A stretch of 64,000 nt of DNA from Desulforegulaceae bacterium (GCA_034007295.1 JAVERC010000012.1:5329-69328); one strand, 5' to 3'; positions 9,842-20,859 are shown, counted from the stretch's first letter. A program made the numbers and translations. The notes: generated by a model from the sequence alone, not told the origin.

Positions 9842-11479
9842 ATGGTTTCTGATTCTTTAGGAAAAATACCTATTACCAAAGAAAACCCTTGCGGAATTGA
9901 TATTACCTATGAACCTGAATTTGAAGAGCTTCAGCAAGAAATTGACAAGCTGTCCATTGTTTCCTCAAATCCCGAAGGTGTTGACTGGGGAAAAGTTGTA
10001 AATTTAAGTGAATTGATTTTAAAAGAAAAATCTAAAAACCTTCTTGTTGCAGTTTATCTTTCGCAAGGTCTCATTAAAACAAAGGGTTTTGAAGGTTTTT
10101 TAACAGGTACAAAAATAATTTCAGATATTTTAGAAAACTATTGGGATTCTTTTTTCCCTCCTCCAAAAAGAAAAAAAGGAAGAAGCAATTCAATCAGATG
10201 GTGGTATGAAAAAACAGATTTGTATCTTAAAAATATAGATCCTGAATTTAGAATAAATAAAGAAGATGCAAATTTTCTTATCAAGCAAATAAAAGCCCTT
10301 GATTCTCTTTTATCCGAAAAATTTGAAGATTCTCCAATCTTAAATACCATTATTCAAAATGTTCAAAAAATTCCGTTTAATTTGGAAAAGGAAGACGCAA
10401 AAATAGATGAAATACCAAAACCATCAAAGGCTGAAAAAATTGAAAATAATGAAAGCCAAAATATTCCCCAAACAATTAAGGAAAGTTTAAAAAAGGAAAG
10501 CCCTGAAAAAGAAAATTTATCAAATAAAGTTTTGCCAGAACAAGTTAATTCAGAATTAATCAAAAATGACAAAGATGCTGCAAAAGCCTTAAAACAAGGC
10601 TTTGATATACTTGTAAAAACATGTAATTATTATTTTTTTAAAGATATTTCAAATCCTGTTTCCTATAAAATTTCAAGACTTTACACCTGGGCTCAGATTG
10701 AGCAGCTTCCAGTGACAGAAAAAAACAATAAAACCCTTCTGCCCCCCCCTGACTCAGCAATAAAAAAATCAATTGAAAACATGATTTTTTCTAAAAATTA
10801 TGAAAGTGCGGTTATTACTTCAGAAAATAATTTAAGAAATTATATATTCTGGCTTGATCTGAACAGATATTCTGCTGCTGCTTTAGGTGAAATGGGAGAA
10901 AAATATTTAAAAGCAAAAATAACAATAGAAACAGAAACTTCAGGTTTTATAAAAAAGTTTATTAATCTTGAAAATTTTTGTTTTTCTGATGGAACTCCTT
11001 TTGCAGATAATGAAACAAAGTCTTGGCTCAAATCAATATCAGGTCAAACTGAAAAAAGTGACGAGTCCTTTAGTGTCTGCGGTGATGAAGTTTATTTAAA
11101 AGTTCTTGAAATTCAAAAAAAAGCAGAAATTTTTTTTAAAAATAAAAAATTATATGAAGCAGTTTTTTTATTTGAAAATGGACTTTTAGAGGCAAAATCA
11201 TTAAGGGAAAAAATTTTATTGAGAATTTACCTTTCAAAATTTTTTTCAGATATTGGAAAACCTCAATTGTCATTTCCACATCTTCAAAAAATTGAAGAAG
11301 CTATTAATGATTTTAGGCTCGAGGAATTTGAACCGGAAATTGCAGTTTTAGGTTATACCTTAATTTATAAAGCATACAAGCTTTCCAACAATGAAACACT
11401 GGTTTCAAAAAGCAGTTATTACCTTGATAAAATTTCTGTAATTAAACCTGCTAAAGGATTCAGACTTGATGATTCTTAG
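9842..11479 (+). CDS. tssA: T6SS protein TssA (ImpA N-terminal domain)
   Basis: 545 aa. ENPCGIDITYEPEFEELQQEIDKL is the ImpA_N signature. Sits upstream of tssBC. Confidence 0.8.
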   Translation: MVSDSLGKIPITKENPCGIDITYEPEFEELQQEIDKLSIVSSNPEGVDWGKVVNLSELILKEKSKNLLVAVYLSQGLIKTKGFEGFLTGTKIISDILENYWDSFFPPPKRKKGRSNSIRWWYEKTDLYLKNIDPEFRINKEDANFLIKQIKALDSLLSEKFEDSPILNTIIQNVQKIPFNLEKEDAKIDEIPKPSKAEKIENNESQNIPQTIKESLKKESPEKENLSNKVLPEQVNSELIKNDKDAAKALKQGFDILVKTCNYYFFKDISNPVSYKISRLYTWAQIEQLPVTEKNNKTLLPPPDSAIKKSIENMIFSKNYESAVITSENNLRNYIFWLDLNRYSAAALGEMGEKYLKAKITIETETSGFIKKFINLENFCFSDGTPFADNETKSWLKSISGQTEKSDESFSVCGDEVYLKVLEIQKKAEIFFKNKKLYEAVFLFENGLLEAKSLREKILLRIYLSKFFSDIGKPQLSFPHLQKIEEAINDFRLEEFEPEIAVLGYTLIYKAYKLSNNETLVSKSSYYLDKISVIKPAKGFRLDDS

Positions 11480-11537
11480 TTTTAAAAATCGGCTGAAATA
11501 AACTTTTTAATAAAAAATAACAAAATAGGGAGGAAAA

Positions 11538-12017
11538 ATGGAACAGTCCATAGCTCCAAAAGAAAGAGTAAACATTACATATAAGCCAGCAACCGGAGAT
11601 GCAAAAGAAGAAGTTGAGCTGCCGCTTAAAATTCTTGTGATGGGAGATTTTACTCTTAAACAGGACAATCGTGCAGTTGAAGACAGAGAACCAATAAATA
11701 TCAACAAAGATAATTTTAATGATGTACTAAAAGCACAAAATCTTGAAGCTTCATTTGCTGTGAAAAACAAATTGTCTGACAGTAGTGAGGAAGATATTCC
11801 TGTTAACCTCAAATTTGAAACCATAAGAGATTTTGAACCAGACAATATAGTTGCAAAAGTTCCAGAACTTAAAGCTCTTATGGAATTACGTGAGGCTCTG
11901 ACAGCTCTTAAAGGGCCGCTTGGCAACCTTCCTGATTTTAGAAAAAAACTTCAGGAAGCAGTAAGCGATGAAGGCATAAGAGAAAAAATACTCAAAGAAC
12001 TTGGATTAGATAAGTAA
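11538..12017 (+). CDS. tssB: T6SS contractile sheath small subunit TssB (VipA)
   Basis: 159 aa. ERVNITYKPATGDAKEEVELPLKILVMGDF is the canonical TssB N-terminus. GGGAGG RBS. Confidence 0.95.
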   Translation: MEQSIAPKERVNITYKPATGDAKEEVELPLKILVMGDFTLKQDNRAVEDREPININKDNFNDVLKAQNLEASFAVKNKLSDSSEEDIPVNLKFETIRDFEPDNIVAKVPELKALMELREALTALKGPLGNLPDFRKKLQEAVSDEGIREKILKELGLDK

Positions 12018-12031
12018 ATCAGGAGATATAT

Positions 12032-13519
12032 ATGGCTGAAGAAGAAAAAAAAATTCAACAAAAAGAAGCAGTTTCTGAAGTAAAAGAAAGTTCTCTTCTT
12101 GATCAGATAATTGAGGCAACAAAAGTAAAGCCGCAGGATGAAGCATATTCAATTACAAGAACAGGCGTTCAGGCATTTATTGATGAGCTCTTAAAACCTG
12201 AAAGGGAAGGCGTAAAGATCGGCAAGGCACTTGTAGATGATATGATTGCAAACCTTGATTCAAAAATTTCTCTTCAAGTCAATGAAATTTTGCATAATGA
12301 ATCTTTCCAAAAGCTTGAATCCTCATGGAGATCTCTTAAATATCTTATAGACAACACTGATTTTCGAGAAAATATTAAGATTTCAATTTTAAATGTAAGC
12401 AAAAATGATTTAATGGATGATTTTGAAGATTCCCCTGAAATACCACAATCAGGACTTTACAAAACAATTTATACAGAGGAATACGGGCAGTTTGGCGGAC
12501 AGCCATATGGTGCAGTAATTGGAAACTATGATTTCGGCCCAGGTCCTCAGGATATAAAGCTTCTTCAAAACATTGCAAGTGTTTCTGCAATGTCCCATGC
12601 ACCATTTATTGCAGCAGCAGGGCCTGAATTTTTTGGAATTGAAACTTTTGATGAACTCCCTAATTTAAAAGACCTTGAAGCAATATTTGAAGGACCTCAA
12701 TATGCAAAATGGAAAAGCTTTAGAAATTCAGAAGATGCAAGATATGTCGGGCTTACTTTGCCCAAATTCATGTTAAGACTTCCATACGGCCAGGATACAA
12801 TACCTGTAAAATCTTTTTCATATAAAGAAGATGTATCAGGAGGAAACAATGGCTTTTTATGGGGAAACGCAGCCTTTACCTTTGCAACCAGGATAACAGA
12901 CAGCTTTGCAAAATACCGCTGGTGTGCAAACATAATAGGCCCCCAGGGAGGAGGAAGTGTTGAAAATCTTCCTGTTTATAATTTTGAATCAATGGGTTCA
13001 ACCCAAACCAAAATCCCAACCCAGGTTTTATTATCTGAAAGAAAAGAATTTGAACTTGCAGAACAGGGTTTTATTGGTCTTACAATGAGAAAAGGAAGCG
13101 ATAATGCTGCTTTTTTCTCTGCAAATTCCTGTCAGAAACCAAAATTTTTCGGAAACAACCCTGAAGATAAAGAAGCAGAAATGAACTACAAACTTGGGAC
13201 TCAGCTTCCCTATATGTTTGTTGTAAACAGACTTTCTCATTACATAAAAGTAATACAAAGAGAAAACATAGGCACATGGAAGCAAAGAGGTGACCTTGAA
13301 GACGAATTGTCAAAATGGCTGCGTCAATATGTTGCAGATCAGGAAAATCCTGCACCAGGAGTAAGATCAAGGCGTCCATTAAGAAAAGCAGAAATAAGTG
13401 TAAATGATGTCGCAGGAGACCCTGGATGGTATTCTGTTACAATGAAAGTAATGCCTCATTTTAAATATATGGGAGCAAATTTCACACTTTCTCTTGTTGG
13501 AAAACTGGATAAAAATTAA
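12032..13519 (+). CDS. tssC: T6SS contractile sheath large subunit TssC (VipB)
   Basis: 495 aa. Conserved blocks SWRSLKYL, FGGQPYG, LTLPKFMLRLPYG, and a C-terminal GWY..M.V.PHF block. Confidence 0.95.
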   Translation: MAEEEKKIQQKEAVSEVKESSLLDQIIEATKVKPQDEAYSITRTGVQAFIDELLKPEREGVKIGKALVDDMIANLDSKISLQVNEILHNESFQKLESSWRSLKYLIDNTDFRENIKISILNVSKNDLMDDFEDSPEIPQSGLYKTIYTEEYGQFGGQPYGAVIGNYDFGPGPQDIKLLQNIASVSAMSHAPFIAAAGPEFFGIETFDELPNLKDLEAIFEGPQYAKWKSFRNSEDARYVGLTLPKFMLRLPYGQDTIPVKSFSYKEDVSGGNNGFLWGNAAFTFATRITDSFAKYRWCANIIGPQGGGSVENLPVYNFESMGSTQTKIPTQVLLSERKEFELAEQGFIGLTMRKGSDNAAFFSANSCQKPKFFGNNPEDKEAEMNYKLGTQLPYMFVVNRLSHYIKVIQRENIGTWKQRGDLEDELSKWLRQYVADQENPAPGVRSRRPLRKAEISVNDVAGDPGWYSVTMKVMPHFKYMGANFTLSLVGKLDKN

Positions 13520-13660
13520 ACCTTAAAATAAATTAGCATACATAAGGTTAAATTTTTTTGAACTGAACGAAATTATAATTTTGTTAAATCAGGAAATAAA
13601 ATTTTAAAAAGTCTTTATCAGTTTTATAAAAAAACAACTTTAATTTAAGGAGACTTAGCC

Positions 13661-14149
13661 ATGGCAATGACCGCATACATGAACCTTGAAGGTATGAATC
13701 AGGGAAAAATTGAAGGCGGATGCACACAATCTGGAAGAGAATCAATGATTCTTGTCTTTGGTGTTGATCATAATGTAGAAATTCCAAAAGATACACATAC
13801 AGGGCTTCCTACAGGACAAAGGATTCACCATCCTCTTCTCATCACAAAAGAAATAGACAAATCTTCTCCTCTTTTGTATCAGGCCTGCTGCAGCGGGGAA
13901 CAATTCAAGGAAGTTTCTTTAAGCTATTACAGAATAAATGAAAAAGGCCAGGAAGAACATTATTACTCAATCAAGCTGCAAAATGCCATAATAGTAAGCA
14001 TGAGAACTTATAAACCTTTAACATTTTTAGAAGAAAACAAGCCTTATAAAGACATGGAAGATGTTCAGTTTACCTATGAAAAAATAATATGGACATATGA
14101 ATCAGACGGAATAGAATCCGAAGATTCATGGAAAACACCAAAAGCATAA
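13661..14149 (+). CDS. hcp: T6SS tube protein Hcp (TssD)
   Basis: 162 aa. AYMNLEGMNQGKIEGGCTQSGRE...HHPLLITKEIDKSSPLL is a typical Hcp1-family sequence. Confidence 0.95.
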   Translation: MAMTAYMNLEGMNQGKIEGGCTQSGRESMILVFGVDHNVEIPKDTHTGLPTGQRIHHPLLITKEIDKSSPLLYQACCSGEQFKEVSLSYYRINEKGQEEHYYSIKLQNAIIVSMRTYKPLTFLEENKPYKDMEDVQFTYEKIIWTYESDGIESEDSWKTPKA

Positions 14150-14261
14150 TAAAAAGGCAGCTATGAATAAGGTCTTTTTATGAATCTATTAGCAAAACAT
14201 TAAAAGGCCTTTTCAATTAATATTTTATTTTTTTAGGTTGTGGACAAATAAGGATAAGTTT

Positions 14262-14678
14262 ATGTCTGGCATTACTTTGCTTGAAAAGCTTGATGAGTAT
14301 GAAAAAAACCCTCAAAAAAGGGGAGCATGGGACAGCTTAAAAATTAAAGAATCTGTTTTGAATTCACTTTCAAAAATTCTTAATTCAAGACAAGGGGGCT
14401 CGCTTTCAGCACCTGATTTTGGGATGCCTGATTTTACAAATATCCCTGGTTTTATAGACCTTGAAACTTATACTGATTTTGAACAAAGCATAAAAAAAGT
14501 AATAGAAAAATATGAACCAAGAATTAAAAATTTAAATGTCGAATACATTAAAGCTGAAAAACGTTTTTTTCTCTTAAAATTTAAACTTGAGGGAAATATT
14601 GTTCTGCCTGATTTTGTAATACCACTTTCAATTCAGACTGTTATTGAACCTGAAGGTAAAATAATTATAAAAAATTAA
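14262..14678 (+). CDS. tssE: T6SS baseplate protein TssE (gp25-like)
   Basis: SVLNSLSKILNSRQGGSLSAPDFGMPDF and EKYEPRI are GPW/gp25 motifs. Start moved to ATG 14262 from the TTG at 14238. Confidence 0.85.
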   Translation: MSGITLLEKLDEYEKNPQKRGAWDSLKIKESVLNSLSKILNSRQGGSLSAPDFGMPDFTNIPGFIDLETYTDFEQSIKKVIEKYEPRIKNLNVEYIKAEKRFFLLKFKLEGNIVLPDFVIPLSIQTVIEPEGKIIIKN

Positions 14679-14703
14679 TTTTTATATTGGATTGCAAATA
14701 TAA

Positions 14704-16425
14704 ATGTTTAGAAAATATTATGCACAAGAACTTAAAAATATTAGAGAGCTGGCAAGTGAGTTTTCAAATGCACATCCTTCAATTGCTCCCATGCTTGAAG
14801 GCAGATCTCAAGATCCGGATGTGGAAAGACTTCTTGAGGGAATGGCTTTTATTTCAGGCTTGTTAAGGGAAAAAATTGACGATGAATTTCCTGAAATAAC
14901 TCAAGGACTTTTAGAGCTTACTTATCCTCAGTATCTAAGACCTATTCCTTCATGTACGCTTTTTTCCTTTGTGCCTAAAGTAAATCTCATGGAAAAAATA
15001 AAAATAAAAAAAGGTTCAAAAATTGAGTCTGTACAAATAAATGAAACACCCTGCATTTTTTCTATTACATCTGAAATAGAAGTTTTTCCGGGATATATTG
15101 AAAGCGTTAAATTTGAGTTTATTCCTGGCAAAACTCATAATATAAAAATCAAAATAAAACTAAACAATATAAATCTCTCACAACTAAATTTTGATAAAAT
15201 CAGATTTTTTTTGAATGGATCATACGATGATGCCTCAAATCTTTTGTATCTTATTTTAAAAAATGTGCAAACTTTTGAAATAAAATCTTTTTCAGGCGAA
15301 AAACAAATATTAGGCAATGAAAATTTGGTTCATTCAGGTTTTGATGAAAATGAAAGCCTTATACCTTATCCTGCACATGCATTTCAGGGATACAGAATCC
15401 TTCAGGAATATTTTATTTTGCCTGAAAAATTTTTATTTATTGATGTTACAGGCTTGAATCAATGGACAAAAAGGGGAAATGACGACTCATTTGAAATAAA
15501 ATTTAATTTTCCTGTTTGTCAGATACCTTTCCCTGAAATAACAAACAACTCATTTGCTCTTTTTACTGCTCCAGGAATAAATATTTTTGATCATGACGCA
15601 TCCCCAATAATACTTGACCACAGACAAAGTGAATATAAAATCAATCCCTCTGGCAATAAAAATAAAGCATATGAAATTTATTCAGTAGAAAAAGTAACTG
15701 GCTTTATTCAAGGCTCTGTTTCAAGAAAAAAATATGTTCTTGCAGCAAGATACACAGACGAAAAAACAGGAAGCTACACAATAAAAAAAAAGATATCCCC
15801 TGTAACAGATGAATTAGAAGTTTTTTTTTCACCAGGATACTTTGATCAAGCAAAAGTACCTGAAAAGGAAACTCTTTCAATCAAGCTTCTCTGTTCTAAT
15901 GGACAGCTTCCCACAATGCTTCAAACCGGAGATATTTCAAAGGAAACATACACTTCGCCTGAACTTTGCACATTCAGAAACATTTTACCTCCGACTCACC
16001 CTTTAAGGCCTCCGGTAAAGGATAATCTATGGCAGTATATTTCCCATATGAGCATTAATCTGTTTTCAATTTTAAATAAAAAAAATCTAAAGGAACTTTT
16101 GAAGCTCTATATTTTACCAGAAGGAACAAGCAGCAAAAATGTGGAAAAAATAAATAAAAAAATTGATGGGATTTTAAGCGTAAAATCTGAAAAAATAAAA
16201 ATTCTTTATAGAGGAACAATTGTACGAGGTATTAGAATTTTTATTTTAATGAATTCCACAAGTTTTGCCTCAAAAGGTGATCTTTATATTTTTGGTGCAG
16301 TTTTGAATAATTTTTTTGCAACATATTGTGCAATCAACACTTTTACCGAGCTTGTCGTCAATGATGAAATTACAGGAGAAGAATTCAAGTGGAAGCCAAA
16401 TACCGGCAAAAAACATCTGATTTAA
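14704..16425 (+). CDS. tssF: T6SS baseplate protein TssF
   Basis: 573 aa. N-terminal YYAQELKNIRELASEFSNAHPSIAPML is the TssF signature. Confidence 0.9.
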   Translation: MFRKYYAQELKNIRELASEFSNAHPSIAPMLEGRSQDPDVERLLEGMAFISGLLREKIDDEFPEITQGLLELTYPQYLRPIPSCTLFSFVPKVNLMEKIKIKKGSKIESVQINETPCIFSITSEIEVFPGYIESVKFEFIPGKTHNIKIKIKLNNINLSQLNFDKIRFFLNGSYDDASNLLYLILKNVQTFEIKSFSGEKQILGNENLVHSGFDENESLIPYPAHAFQGYRILQEYFILPEKFLFIDVTGLNQWTKRGNDDSFEIKFNFPVCQIPFPEITNNSFALFTAPGINIFDHDASPIILDHRQSEYKINPSGNKNKAYEIYSVEKVTGFIQGSVSRKKYVLAARYTDEKTGSYTIKKKISPVTDELEVFFSPGYFDQAKVPEKETLSIKLLCSNGQLPTMLQTGDISKETYTSPELCTFRNILPPTHPLRPPVKDNLWQYISHMSINLFSILNKKNLKELLKLYILPEGTSSKNVEKINKKIDGILSVKSEKIKILYRGTIVRGIRIFILMNSTSFASKGDLYIFGAVLNNFFATYCAINTFTELVVNDEITGEEFKWKPNTGKKHLI

Positions 16426-17393
16426 AAGATGAACTTAATAATAATCCTTCGGCTTTTTCATTTATACAGGCTATAAGGCTTTTGAGATTTTTTCATAAAA
16501 AAAAGCCCCCTCTTCCTGAATTTATAAAAAAATATTTAAGAATTACTCCAGCTCTTTCCCTAGGCTTTCCAGGATGCGATATCAAAAATTTAGAAATTGA
16601 TGAAAATAAAGATATTTTTAAAATAACTGCAACCTTTCTTGGATTATACGGGTCTTCTTCCCCCTTGCCGGTTTTTTATACTGAAGATCTTATTGATGAA
16701 ACAAATGAAGGAAGATCAGTTAAAAAAGATTTTATTGATATATTTAACGTAGTTTTTTTTGAGCTTTTTTATAATTGTGTTTCCAAATACAGACTCAATC
16801 TAAAATTTTGCGATGAAAATAATACATTATATAAAAATTTTTTATATTCACTTCTTGGACTTGGAACCTTAGAAACAAGAAACAGCTTTGACTTAAAAGA
16901 TGAAATGCTTAAATATCTTGGAATTTTTCTCCATTACCCAAGATCTTCATCAGGGCTTAAAACAATAATTAAAGATTTTTTTAATCTAAATGAAGTTGAG
17001 ATAACAGAGTTTACAAAAAATATTGTAAATATTCCAGAAGATCAGCAAACTATTCTTGGAATAAAAAATTCAGCCATTGGACAAAATTGCCATCTTGGAA
17101 ATAAAATTACTGATTATTCAGGAAGAATTACCATAGAAATTAAAGACATTAGTGAAGAGGACTTCCACAGATTTATTCCATCAGGAGATAAATATATCAA
17201 ACTTAAAAAAATTATCAGTTTTTATCTTGATCAGCCCCTTGATGTAAAAATTGTGCTTGCACCACTTTGCCAAGAAATTAAACCGGCCTGCCCTGGAAGC
17301 AGCACATGGAGCGAGCTTGGGTACAATACATGGATTTTTTCAAAAAATATTAAAATTGACAATAAAACCGCAGATTTTATTTGTGAAATATAA
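16389..17393 (+). CDS. tssG: T6SS baseplate protein TssG
   Basis: 334 aa. PSAFSFIQAIRLL motif. GTG start overlapping the tssF 3' end; the exact start is uncertain. Confidence 0.8.
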   Translation: MEAKYRQKTSDLKDELNNNPSAFSFIQAIRLLRFFHKKKPPLPEFIKKYLRITPALSLGFPGCDIKNLEIDENKDIFKITATFLGLYGSSSPLPVFYTEDLIDETNEGRSVKKDFIDIFNVVFFELFYNCVSKYRLNLKFCDENNTLYKNFLYSLLGLGTLETRNSFDLKDEMLKYLGIFLHYPRSSSGLKTIIKDFFNLNEVEITEFTKNIVNIPEDQQTILGIKNSAIGQNCHLGNKITDYSGRITIEIKDISEEDFHRFIPSGDKYIKLKKIISFYLDQPLDVKIVLAPLCQEIKPACPGSSTWSELGYNTWIFSKNIKIDNKTADFICEI

Positions 17394-17408
17394 AATGGAG
17401 CAATAAAA

Positions 17409-20030
17409 ATGACCCATGACATAAAAGCACTTTTATCTAAGTTAAGCTCAAAATCTACTGATTATCTTCACAATGCAGCAGGTCTTTGCGTTTCAAGAAC
17501 AAATTATGAAATAGGATTTGAGCATTTTTTAGTCAAAGCTCTTGAAGACAGCTCAGGTGAAATTATAAAAATTCTAAATGAATTCAATATTGAAACTTCA
17601 GAACTAAGAACAAGACTTAATCATACACTAGAAGATTTTAAAACAGGAAATACAGGAAATCCTGTTTTTTCTCCTTTTTTGATTGAACTTTTTGAAAATT
17701 CATGGATGCATGCATCAATAGATTTTTCTTTAAATAAAATAACTTCTGGAATAGTTTTATACAGTTTTATTCAAAAACCCTCATTTTTTGGAGCAGGTCT
17801 TTATATAGATAATTTAAAAAAAATAAATTCTAAGACTTTAAAAGATAATTTTTTCAAAATTCTTTCAGATTCAACTGAATCAGAAATTTTTCAACTGCAA
17901 AGCCAAAAAAAATCCAGTCCACCCTCAAACAATGATTTTATCAGCCAATATTGCCAGGATTTTACAAAAAAAGCCTATGAAGGCAAAATTGATCCAGTGT
18001 TTGGGCGTGAAGATGAAATTCAGCAGATAATTGATGTTTTAGCAAGAAGAAGAAAAAATAATCCAATTCTTGTAGGAGAACCAGGTGTTGGTAAAACCGC
18101 TGTAATTGAAGGACTTGCACTTAGAATAATCGAAAATGACATTCCTGAAATGCTTTCAAAAGTAATGCTTCTTGGTCTTGATATGGGTGCACTTGAAGCA
18201 GGTGCCGGCGTAAAGGGAGAATTTGAAAACAGATTAAAAGGCGTACTTGATGAAATTAAAGCTTCTGAAAAACCAATAATTCTTTTTATTGATGAGGCAC
18301 ATACTCTTATTGGTGCAGGTGGTTCTGCCGGAACATCAGATGCAGCAAACCTTTTGAAGCCGGCCCTTGCAAGAGGAGAAATAAAAACCTGTGCTGCAAC
18401 TACATGGAGTGAATACAAAAAATATTTTGAAAAAGATCCTGCTCTTGAAAGAAGATTCCAAATGATAAAACTTTCAGAACCTAATGTTGAAAAAACAGCT
18501 CTGATTTTACGAGGGCTTAAACCTTCATATGAAAAAGTCCACAATGTAATTATAAGAGATGATGCAATTATCTGTGCAGCAGAATTTGCAGACAGATACA
18601 TTACCTCAAGATTTCTTCCGGATAAGGCTATTGATCTTCTTGATACAGGATGTGCAAGGGTAAAAATAAATTTAAGTTCAAGGCCTCACATTCTTACAAT
18701 ACTTGAAAAGGAAATTCAGGCACTTGAAAGGGAAAAATCAGGCATGAAAAGGGACATGGATAATGGCCTGGATATTGACCAAAAAAGAGCTTTGGAAATT
18801 GATTTGACAATTGAATCCAAAAAATCTGAATTTGATGAAATAAATGCAAGATATCTGAATGAAAAAGAACTTGCCAATCAGGTTGTTGAATCAAGAAATA
18901 AATTTCTTGCATCTAAAAATCCAAATGAAAAAGACCAGACAAGACAGCATATGAAAGATAAAATCAGCCAGCTTAAAAATTTTCAAGGTGAAAATCCCAT
19001 GGTTAATATTGAAGTTGATCCTGATGTTATATCAAAGGTTGTTTCAGACTGGACAGGAATTCCACTTGGAAAACTTCAAAGAGATCAGGCTTCTACAGTT
19101 CTTAATATGGAAAAGCATTTGAGTGAAAGGGTAAAAGGCCAGGACCAGGGGCTTTCAATTATTTCAAAGGTTATAAAAGCCTCAAAAGCCGGTATTAAAG
19201 ACCCTGCTCAGCCAATGGGCATTTTTCTTTTAGCCGGCCCAAGCGGTGTTGGAAAAACTGAAACAGGATTATCAATTGCAGATCTTTTGTTTGGGGGCGA
19301 AACCAACACAATTACAATTAATATGAGTGAATTTCAGGAAAGACATACAACAAGCAGACTAATAGGATCGCCTCCTGGTTATGTAGGATATGGCGAAGGA
19401 GGTCTTTTAACTGAAGCTGTAAGGCAAAATCCATATTGTGTTGTTCTTCTTGATGAAGTTGAAAAGGCACATCCTGATGTAATGAATCTTTTTTACCAGG
19501 TATTTGACAAGGGAGTTCTTACAGATGGTGAGGGAAAGGAAATAAGCTTTTCCAATACAGTGATTATCCTGACTTCAAACCTTGGAACAGATATAATAGC
19601 TGAAATGACATCTGAAGAAGATGAAATTGATATAGAATCAGTAACAAATGCTGTAAGGCCTCTTTTATCAAAACATTTTAAACCAGCTCTTCTTGCAAGA
19701 ATGACAATTGTCCCATACTTTACTCTGAATAAAGAAGCTCTAAAAAATATTGTTGAGCTTAAACTTAATAAACTAAAAACAAATCTTTTAAAAAATACAA
19801 AAATGGTTCTTGAATATGATGAAACTGTAAAAGAACTTATTACAGCAAGGTGCAGCGAAGTTGAAACAGGTGCAAGAAATATAGATTATATTTTACAGAG
19901 CAAAGTAATGCCGGAAATTTCCCAGACTGTTTTAAAAGCTCTTGGAGAAAAAGGGATGCCTGAAAAAGTAATTATTAAAACAGATGATCAAAATAATTTC
20001 CAAATAGAATTTCTAGGTATTCAAAAATAA
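17409..20030 (+). CDS. clpV: T6SS AAA+ ATPase ClpV (TssH)
   Basis: 873 aa. Two AAA+ modules with Walker A GEPGVGKT and GPSGVGKT, and a Clp-N-like N-terminus. Confidence 0.95.
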   Translation: MTHDIKALLSKLSSKSTDYLHNAAGLCVSRTNYEIGFEHFLVKALEDSSGEIIKILNEFNIETSELRTRLNHTLEDFKTGNTGNPVFSPFLIELFENSWMHASIDFSLNKITSGIVLYSFIQKPSFFGAGLYIDNLKKINSKTLKDNFFKILSDSTESEIFQLQSQKKSSPPSNNDFISQYCQDFTKKAYEGKIDPVFGREDEIQQIIDVLARRRKNNPILVGEPGVGKTAVIEGLALRIIENDIPEMLSKVMLLGLDMGALEAGAGVKGEFENRLKGVLDEIKASEKPIILFIDEAHTLIGAGGSAGTSDAANLLKPALARGEIKTCAATTWSEYKKYFEKDPALERRFQMIKLSEPNVEKTALILRGLKPSYEKVHNVIIRDDAIICAAEFADRYITSRFLPDKAIDLLDTGCARVKINLSSRPHILTILEKEIQALEREKSGMKRDMDNGLDIDQKRALEIDLTIESKKSEFDEINARYLNEKELANQVVESRNKFLASKNPNEKDQTRQHMKDKISQLKNFQGENPMVNIEVDPDVISKVVSDWTGIPLGKLQRDQASTVLNMEKHLSERVKGQDQGLSIISKVIKASKAGIKDPAQPMGIFLLAGPSGVGKTETGLSIADLLFGGETNTITINMSEFQERHTTSRLIGSPPGYVGYGEGGLLTEAVRQNPYCVVLLDEVEKAHPDVMNLFYQVFDKGVLTDGEGKEISFSNTVIILTSNLGTDIIAEMTSEEDEIDIESVTNAVRPLLSKHFKPALLARMTIVPYFTLNKEALKNIVELKLNKLKTNLLKNTKMVLEYDETVKELITARCSEVETGARNIDYILQSKVMPEISQTVLKALGEKGMPEKVIIKTDDQNNFQIEFLGIQK

Positions 20031-20046
20031 AAATTCAGGAGAAAAA

Positions 20047-20823
20047 ATGTCTAGGCAGCCATATGTTTTAATGCTTTCTAATGATGCTCAAAAAACTGCA
20101 TTAATTAAATCACAGCTTGATGCAAACGGATTAAATTTCAAAGGCAGTTTATTTAAAGATGATCTTGAAAAAAACGCATGGAATTTTTCACTTGATGAAA
20201 TAAAAAATCCAGAAACAGGAGTTTTAATTATCTGCGGATCAAAAACTGATTTTTTTAAAAAATCAATTTTAAAAGGTCTTTCATTGCTAATTCTTTCCGT
20301 ACAATATCTGAAAGGTGAAAAATTCCCAATAATTGTTGTTTCTGACTTTGAAACAGAAAAACAAAATCTTCCTTTTGCCTTGAAAAATGTTTTTTTTGTT
20401 TCCATCACCAGTCCCTTGATCGGGGCAAAAGCTGCTGCAAAGGCAAATATTTCTGTAAAAAAAGGCGAAAGAAATTTCAGACTCAATATTTTAACATTTC
20501 AAAATAATTACATATGGATTGAAGCCGGCCCCTTAATAAAAAAGTGGAACGGAATTATAACTGGAGTATTAAAACCCTCAAAAATAGATGCTTTAGGCAT
20601 TGGTGAAAAAGATAAAATACCTGAAAAATCAGTACTTGAATATCCACTTAGAGGAATTGAACTGGAAATTAATAAAAGAGAATTTTATGCCTGGGCAGCA
20701 AAAAATCAAATATCTGACAATGAATCTGCATTTTTCAGAATAGACAAAAATTCAGACTCATTTATTTTTGGATCTTTCAATGATGGTAAAGATATAGAAG
20801 TCTGTATTGTTGATCTTGTTTAG
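20047..20823 (+). CDS. Hypothetical protein between clpV and vgrG
   Basis: 258-aa ORF with a GGAGAA RBS, same strand and tight spacing in the T6SS operon. No motif recognised. Confidence 0.5.
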   Translation: MSRQPYVLMLSNDAQKTALIKSQLDANGLNFKGSLFKDDLEKNAWNFSLDEIKNPETGVLIICGSKTDFFKKSILKGLSLLILSVQYLKGEKFPIIVVSDFETEKQNLPFALKNVFFVSITSPLIGAKAAAKANISVKKGERNFRLNILTFQNNYIWIEAGPLIKKWNGIITGVLKPSKIDALGIGEKDKIPEKSVLEYPLRGIELEINKREFYAWAAKNQISDNESAFFRIDKNSDSFIFGSFNDGKDIEVCIVDLV

Positions 20824-20859
20824 CAGACTTAACAAAAAATTTTAATCAGGAATCAAACT

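Noticed and set aside
11507-11926. 139-aa ORF antisense to tssB
   Set aside because: It is fully contained opposite a strongly conserved TssB frame, and its Ser/Leu-rich low-complexity translation is typical of a shadow ORF.
18020-18601. 193-aa ORF antisense to clpV
   Set aside because: It lies opposite the first AAA+ module of ClpV, has no RBS or motif, and is an antisense shadow of a GC-richer conserved region.
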